Part shown: positions 37,570-42,618 of the stretch, piece after piece
Position numbering within the stretch: position 1 is the stretch's first letter
How the letters are laid out: every line of letters begins with the position of its first letter
Assembly (NCBI GenBank): GCA_044344255.1
Contig: JBIJDH010000042.1
Span: forward strand, 1 to 42,618
Direction: 5' to 3'
From: Myxococcota bacterium
Lineage (GTDB): Bacteria; Myxococcota_A; UBA796; UBA2385
DNA: 42,618 nt
Translations under genes and position numbers: made by a program
The notes under the pieces: model-generated
Told to the model about the DNA's origin: nothing
The model's input: only the letters and a program-made list of their open reading frames with translations
Databases searched by the model: none

Positions 37570-39432
37570 ATGGCTCCAGCCGCCCCCCGCAGCAACTCCG
37601 CCCCCACAACCCCGCCCGAGGCCCTCCGCGTCGCGCTCTACACCCGCGTCTCCACCGACAACCAGCTCGGCGACGAGGGCTCGCTGGAGACCCAGGAGGC
37701 CCGCCTCCGCGCCTCGGTCGCCTCACGGCAGGCCCCGCACCTGGTCGCCCGGGTCTTCCGCGAAGAAGGAGCCAGCGGCAAGAGCCTCGACCGCCCGCAG
37801 CTCCAGGAGATGCTCGCCGCCGTCCGAGGCGGACAGGTCGATGTGGTCATGGTCACCCGCCTCGACCGCCTCTCCCGCTCCCTGCTCGACTTCTACGAGC
37901 TGCACCGCGCCTTCGAGGCCCAGGGCGTCCAGTTCGTGTCGCTGAACGAGTCTTTCGACACCTCGCAGCCCATCGGCCGAGCGATGCTGAAGCTCGTCCT
38001 CGTGTTCGCCGAGCTGGAGCGTGAACAGACCGCCGACCGCACCCGCGTCGCCATGCAGGCCCGCGCCGAGCGTGGCCTGTGGAACGGCGGCGCCCCGCCC
38101 CTCGGCTACGACTCCGACGGCAACGGCCACCTCTCTGTCAACGAGGAAGAGGCCGCCGTCGTCCGCGAGGCCTTCGAGCGGATGATGGAGCTGCGCAGCA
38201 TCCGCGAGGTCGCCCGCTACCTGAACGCGAAGGGCTACCGGCAGAAGCGCTACTCCTCACGCCGCAAGGGCGACAAGGGCGAGCGGGTGTTCACCATCGC
38301 CGTCGTGGACATCATGCTGAAGAACCGGCTGTACCTGGGAGAGGTGCCCCACTGCGGCAACTGGCACCCCGGGCAGCACGCGCCCATCCTCGACACGGTC
38401 ACCTTCGACCGCGCCCAGAACATCCGCGAGGACAACCGCCGCGGGGCGAAGGCGCCGCGGGAGGACCGCCCCCACGAGTACCTGCTCACCGGCCTCGCCC
38501 GCTGCCCCGCCTGCGACCGGGCGCTCACCTCGGCGACCTCGATCAACAAGATGGGCCAGCGCTACTTTTACTACCGCTGTGTCTCCACCTCGAAGGACGC
38601 CTCCTCGACCTGCCCCATCGGCCAGCTCCCCGCGGGCATCCTGGAGGAGGCCGTGCTCGCCATCGTCCGTCGCGCCGCCTCCGACCCCGCGCTGGTGGAG
38701 CGGGCCATCGAGGAGTCCAACCGCATCGCCCGGGAGCTGTTGGAGCCGGCCCGTGCGCGCCTGAAGACCCTCCAGGCGGACTTCGCGGCCAACAAGACCG
38801 AGCGCCACCGCCTGCTCGACGCCATCCTCGCAATCGGCGCCGCCGGCCTCGACACCGCGCGCGACCGGATGCAGGCGCTGGAAGCCCGGGGCCGTGCCCT
38901 CCAGACGAGCATCGCCGAAGAGGAGGCGAGGCTCGGGGCGGACGAGGGGCGGTCGCTGTCGCTGGCCGCCATCCATCAGGTGCTGCGCGACTTCGATGAG
39001 CTCTACCGCCACTTCACCCCCGGCGAGCGGCGGGAGCTGCTGCATGAGCTTGTGGACGAGGTGCGCGTCTACCCGGGGCGCATCGAGGTGGCCCTGTACG
39101 ATGGCACCCACGCCTCGGCGCCCTTGGAGCAGGCGGCGCGGAAGGCGCGCGGCCCCAACGGCGGTGGAGGGAAGCCCACCGGCGCGGTTCACGCGGTTCA
39201 CGGGGAGGTTCACGCCCCACAAGGAGGGCGTGAACCGTCACCCGGGACCACCAAGGCGCTTGCCGCGACTGTGAAGTGCGCGCAGCGCGTGGATTGGCTC
39301 CCCGCGCCATCTCCGACTGTAGATTTGCCGCACCTCCCCCCTGTCCGCCGCTCCCCCATTCCCCGGAGCCCCCTCCACGCCCTCCCGGGCTGGCAACCTC
39401 GTCCACGAGGTGCTTTACACCCGCCGAGTTGA
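37570..39432 (+). CDS. Large serine recombinase (resolvase + recombinase + Zn-ribbon + coiled coil)
   Basis: ATG at 37570 with GAGG SD. LYTRVST..Q, SGKSLDRP, RLDRLSRS, FAELERE, PPLGY, LKNRLYLG, LLTGLARCPAC..YYRC. Confidence 0.93.
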   Translation: MAPAAPRSNSAPTTPPEALRVALYTRVSTDNQLGDEGSLETQEARLRASVASRQAPHLVARVFREEGASGKSLDRPQLQEMLAAVRGGQVDVVMVTRLDRLSRSLLDFYELHRAFEAQGVQFVSLNESFDTSQPIGRAMLKLVLVFAELEREQTADRTRVAMQARAERGLWNGGAPPLGYDSDGNGHLSVNEEEAAVVREAFERMMELRSIREVARYLNAKGYRQKRYSSRRKGDKGERVFTIAVVDIMLKNRLYLGEVPHCGNWHPGQHAPILDTVTFDRAQNIREDNRRGAKAPREDRPHEYLLTGLARCPACDRALTSATSINKMGQRYFYYRCVSTSKDASSTCPIGQLPAGILEEAVLAIVRRAASDPALVERAIEESNRIARELLEPARARLKTLQADFAANKTERHRLLDAILAIGAAGLDTARDRMQALEARGRALQTSIAEEEARLGADEGRSLSLAAIHQVLRDFDELYRHFTPGERRELLHELVDEVRVYPGRIEVALYDGTHASAPLEQAARKARGPNGGGGKPTGAVHAVHGEVHAPQGGREPSPGTTKALAATVKCAQRVDWLPAPSPTVDLPHLPPVRRSPIPRSPLHALPGWQPRPRGALHPPS

Positions 39433-40978
39433 AGGGGACCTTGAAGTGGATCTCTATCGTCTGCCGGTCCTTCACCTCGATCTTCTCGATGAAGTGAAGG
39501 ATGACCTCCCGCCGTGCCTGGGCGTGCATCCCGTCGAAGCGGTCCTTGAGGACCTCCGACAGGCGGCGCAGCTCGGCGAGGTTGCGCTCGATGGCCTTCC
39601 GATAGTGGTCCTCTCGGCGCAGGAGGGAGGCTTCTCGCTCCACCTGCTCCTTCTGGGCGTTGAGCTCGGCGATCTGGGCCTTACAGACGGCGGGATCGAG
39701 GCCGTCGCCGATGGCGCGGACGAAGTTCTGGATGCGACGGTCGATGTCGGCGAGCTTTCCCTCCACCGAACGGCTGTCCGAGCCGATGGCGCGGCGCTGG
39801 GCGTCGATCTTGGAACGGACCATCTGCTCCAGCTCGGCGAGGCCGTCGGGCTCGGCGACGCGGGCCTTGATGATGCCGAGCACCACGCCCTCGATCCAGT
39901 CCCGCTGGATGGGGAGCGGCGGACAGACCGACTTACCCTTGCTCATGTAGGAGCCGCAGTAGTAGGCGAAACGCTCGATCTGCGTGCCCTTCTTCGCGTT
40001 CCGCTGGTAATAGCGCCGGCCGCCGTAGTTGGCGCCGCAGTGGTCGCACTTGATGAGGCGGGCGAGCAGCCAGGAGGCGTGTCGGGAGGGGCTCTTGTGG
40101 GCGTCGAAGCGTCGGGTGGAGGCGATGGCGGCGCGGCGGTCGAACATCTCGGGGTCGATGATGGCGGGGTGGGCGTTCTCGACGACGATGCGCTCTCCCT
40201 CTTCGGTGGGCTGGCGTCGATCGCGGCCCTGCTTGCGGCTCTTGAACCAGACGAGGTGGCCGAGGTAGGCGCGGTTGTTGAGGAGGGTGTGGACCGTCGA
40301 GCCTGTCCAGTGCGGGCTCCGCGGCGCGCGAATGCCCTCGGTGTTGAGGGTGTTGGCGATAGACTTCACGCCGAGGCCCTCCGTGGCCGCCATCTGGAAG
40401 ATGCGCTGCACGAGCTGGACCTCACTGTCGGGTCCGAGGACGAGGTGACCGTGCTCGCGGCCCTTGCCGTCGGTCTTCCGCTCCAGGCGATAGCCGAAGG
40501 GCACGCAGCCGCCGTTGACGTAGCCGCGCTCGGCGTTCTCCTTCATCCCCTTGAGCGTCTCGGTGGCCAGGTTCATCGAGTAGAACTGGTTGATGACCTC
40601 GATCATCCCCTCGTAGAGGAAGCCCTGGGGGGTGTCGGCGTCGAAGTTCTCGGTGATGCTCTTGATCTGGACGCCGTGCTTGCGGAGGAGGCTCTTGAAG
40701 AGGATGGACTCCTCTCGGTTCCGGCTGAAGCGGTCGAGCTTGTGGACGAGGATGGCGTCCACCTTGCTCTTGCGGCAGAAGCTCACCATCTCGCAGAAGC
40801 CGGGCCGCTTGTCGGCGGGGGCATAGGCCGACTGGCCCTCGTCGACGAAGCTCCCGACGATGTTGACCTCGGGGCGCTCTTCAGCCCATCGGATGAGCAT
40901 CTTCTTCTGGGCGGGGATGGAGAGGTCCTTCGCGGCCTGCTCCTCGGAGGACACACGGCAGTAGGTGACGACCTGCAT
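39014..40978 (-). CDS. Large serine recombinase, second copy, convergent
   Basis: YCRVSSEEQ, HKLDRFSRN, VPFGY, LNNRAYLG, HPAIID, LLARLIKCDHCG..YYC. AGGAG SD upstream. Confidence 0.93.
   Translation of the reverse strand: MQVVTYCRVSSEEQAAKDLSIPAQKKMLIRWAEERPEVNIVGSFVDEGQSAYAPADKRPGFCEMVSFCRKSKVDAILVHKLDRFSRNREESILFKSLLRKHGVQIKSITENFDADTPQGFLYEGMIEVINQFYSMNLATETLKGMKENAERGYVNGGCVPFGYRLERKTDGKGREHGHLVLGPDSEVQLVQRIFQMAATEGLGVKSIANTLNTEGIRAPRSPHWTGSTVHTLLNNRAYLGHLVWFKSRKQGRDRRQPTEEGERIVVENAHPAIIDPEMFDRRAAIASTRRFDAHKSPSRHASWLLARLIKCDHCGANYGGRRYYQRNAKKGTQIERFAYYCGSYMSKGKSVCPPLPIQRDWIEGVVLGIIKARVAEPDGLAELEQMVRSKIDAQRRAIGSDSRSVEGKLADIDRRIQNFVRAIGDGLDPAVCKAQIAELNAQKEQVEREASLLRREDHYRKAIERNLAELRRLSEVLKDRFDGMHAQARREVILHFIEKIEVKDRQTIEIHFKVPFNSAGVKHLVDEVASPGGRGGGSGEWGSGGQGGGAANLQSEMARGANPRAARTSQSRQAPWWSRVTVHALLVGREPPREPREPRRWASLHRRWGRAPSAPPAPRAPRRGCHRTGPPRCAPGRRAPRPQAHAAAPAARRG
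39207..39236. repeat. 11-bp-stem hairpin GGTTCACGCCC-N8-GGGCGTGAACC, preceded by two more GGTTCACG copies
   Basis: Read directly. Lies in the overlap of the two recombinase tails. Could be a terminator or an att-related site. Confidence 0.6.
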
Positions 40979-41312
40979 CGACTGGCTCCTATGGGGATAG
41001 GGATTGAGCCCGGTGGGGCTCCGGCTCGACCTTCAATTCCTTCGTCAGCAAGAAGGATGCCAGCGGACCGTGCCTGTCAAGACCCCTCGGTGAAATTCTG
41101 TTTCACTGGCTTTTCTGGATATTTTTCGAGTGCGGAGGGTGCCCCGCGGGGCCTGTTTGGAGTGACCCGGCCCGGGCCGCTTCGGTTCCAGCGCGGCCCG
41201 TCACCGCACCAACCCGGCCGCGATCCGGTCCGGGGGCTCCGCCGTCGGTCCCACCGAGGCCAGGGACGGTCCCAGGCCCGACGGTGGGCGCCCGAGCGAC
41301 CCTCCCAGCGCG

Positions 41313-41356
41313 TTGACGATATCGGTATCTCGATGTAGATTCTGGTACACCGATAT
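41313..41356 (+). promoter_or_regulatory. Sigma70-like promoter with an overlapping inverted-repeat operator
   Basis: TTGACG (41313-41318), 17-nt spacer, TAGATT (41336-41341). Inverted repeat ATATCGGT (41319-41326) / ACCGATAT (41349-41356). Confidence 0.65.
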
Positions 41357-42128
41357 GCGACGCCAACCCACCCCGACCAACCTCGATAAGACCCGCATGC
41401 ACATCGTCTCGCGGGTGCGGGAGCTCCGCGTCGAGCGGCGGTGGACCCAAGCAGAGCTGGCGGAGAAGCTGGGCCTCTCCCAGGCCCGGCTGAGCGAGGT
41501 CGAGCGCGGCGGAGGCTCGCTCACCGCCGAGCAGCTCGTCCTGGTGCTCCGCCTCTTCAACGTGCGCCTGGAGGATGTGGTCGGCCTCCAGCCCGTGGAG
41601 GACGAGCTCCAGAACGCCCTCGCGCGGCTCGGGGCGCTGCACCTGCGGGAGGTGGCCACGGCGCTACCGAGCGAGCGGGTCGCCAGCGCGCGAGCCGCGG
41701 TGCGGGAGACGCTGCTCGCCCCCCGAGACACCCGCCTGCTCCTGGCCCTCGCGCCGGTGCTGGTCGCCAACGTCGATGGGCTCAACCTCGACGTGCTCCA
41801 CGACGAGCTCAGCCAGCTCGGCTTTCCGGCGCGAGTGCCCTGGCTGGTGGACAACGTTCGGGCGGCCTTGGGCCTGACCTCGCCGACGAAGGCGTCGGCG
41901 CCGTGGCGTCGGGCCGCCACGGTGCTCGGCGACTTCCTCGAGCGCCATCCGCCGCCGGGGGAGGCCGAGCTTCGCCTCGATTACATCGACGGTGGGGTCC
42001 GCAGTGCCCGTACGCTGGCGCATGTGCGGGACACTGCCTCGATCTTCTCCCGGCGATGGGGGGTGCTGAGCGAGCTTCAGCCCTCCGACTTCGCTGATGC
42101 GCTGGGGGCCGCCGATGCCGCAGGTTGA
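41355..42128 (+). CDS. XRE/HTH_3 transcriptional regulator with C-terminal domain (putative antitoxin)
   Basis: VRELRVERRWTQAELAEKLGLSQARLSEVERG. Overlaps the downstream nucleotidyltransferase gene. Confidence 0.85.
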   Translation: MRRQPTPTNLDKTRMHIVSRVRELRVERRWTQAELAEKLGLSQARLSEVERGGGSLTAEQLVLVLRLFNVRLEDVVGLQPVEDELQNALARLGALHLREVATALPSERVASARAAVRETLLAPRDTRLLLALAPVLVANVDGLNLDVLHDELSQLGFPARVPWLVDNVRAALGLTSPTKASAPWRRAATVLGDFLERHPPPGEAELRLDYIDGGVRSARTLAHVRDTASIFSRRWGVLSELQPSDFADALGAADAAG

Positions 42129-42618
42129 AGACTTCCTCCGTGACCTGGACCGCCGCTGGGCGCCGCCGCTCCCGGCGCCGCTGACGCTGCGGGTGCTGGG
42201 GTCGACCGCGCTCCTGCTCCAGACCGACTACGTCCGCGGCACCAAGGACGGCGACGTCCTGGAGACCCCGGAGATCACCCCCGTGGTCAGCGCAGCGCTG
42301 CTCCGACTCGGAGGCAAGGAGACCGAGCTGCACGTCCGCCATCGGATGTACCTGGAGATCCTCGCTGCGGCCTTCCCCTTCCTGCCTGACGCGCCCGGCT
42401 GGCGAGCGGTGTCTTTCGACCCGCCGCTCTCCCGGCTGGGGGTCGAGGCCCTCGACGTGACCGACGTGTGTGTCGCCAAGCTCGCCCGCTTCCACCGGAC
42501 AGACCGCGACGATATCGCGGCGATGGTGGAGCGGGGGCTCGTGGGCCCGGAGCGGCTCGTCGAGCGCTTCCGGTCGGCGGCGGAGCGCTGGCACTTCGAT
42601 GCCCGGGGCGACGACCTG
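42115..42618 (+). CDS. DUF6036/AbiEii-like nucleotidyltransferase (3'-truncated by the window edge; absent from the ORF track)
   Basis: Hand translation from ATG 42115: MPQVEDFLRDLDRRW...LRVLGSTALLLQTDYVRGTKDGDVL...DVCVAKLARFHRTDRDDI. Shows the GS..T.D.D and K..R...D motifs and stays open to the end of the window. Confidence 0.8.
   Translation, partial: MPQVEDFLRDLDRRWAPPLPAPLTLRVLGSTALLLQTDYVRGTKDGDVLETPEITPVVSAALLRLGGKETELHVRHRMYLEILAAAFPFLPDAPGWRAVSFDPPLSRLGVEALDVTDVCVAKLARFHRTDRDDIAAMVERGLVGPERLVERFRSAAERWHFDARGDDL

Noticed and set aside
39280..39330. tRNA gene
   Set aside because: Only a CCA-end-like 10-mer is present, with no T-arm or cloverleaf.
41050..41080. TTGACA on the minus strand upstream of recombinase 2 (also at 376-381)
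   Set aside because: No acceptable -10 element at 16-18 nt spacing.

Overview
High-GC (by eye) bacterial window, almost entirely a defence island. Twenty co-oriented, mostly translationally coupled minus-strand genes run from ~37029 down to 2434. (i) A DISARM-class-I-like core: SNF2 helicase, large N6-adenine methyltransferase (MTase), and a 1978-aa DEAH/DUF1998 helicase fused to a DUF559-like nuclease and an S24 peptidase domain. (ii) Three accessory cassettes between the MTase and the helicase: HEPN + putative nuclease; Septu-like PtuAB; ABC-ATPase + PIN + RNA ligase + GmrSD. (iii) A nine-gene module I cannot match to a named system: Ycf46-like AAA+ ATPase, UPF1-like SF1 helicase, a protein with a PLD-like C-terminus, two coiled-coil proteins sharing a C-terminal domain, DUF2997-like, two DUF1257-like paralogues and an NrdG-like radical SAM protein. 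To the right are two convergent, overlapping large serine recombinases and an HTH + nucleotidyltransferase (type IV TA-like) pair. The most striking structure is that the three cassettes are separated by two chimeric junctions. Each joins a copy of the helicase 5' end to a copy of the MTase 3' end in the same register, and the distal junction is more decayed. This suggests a polar, integron-like cassette array that uses the core genes' own ends as recombination arms. Family calls come from motif recognition only; no database searches were run.
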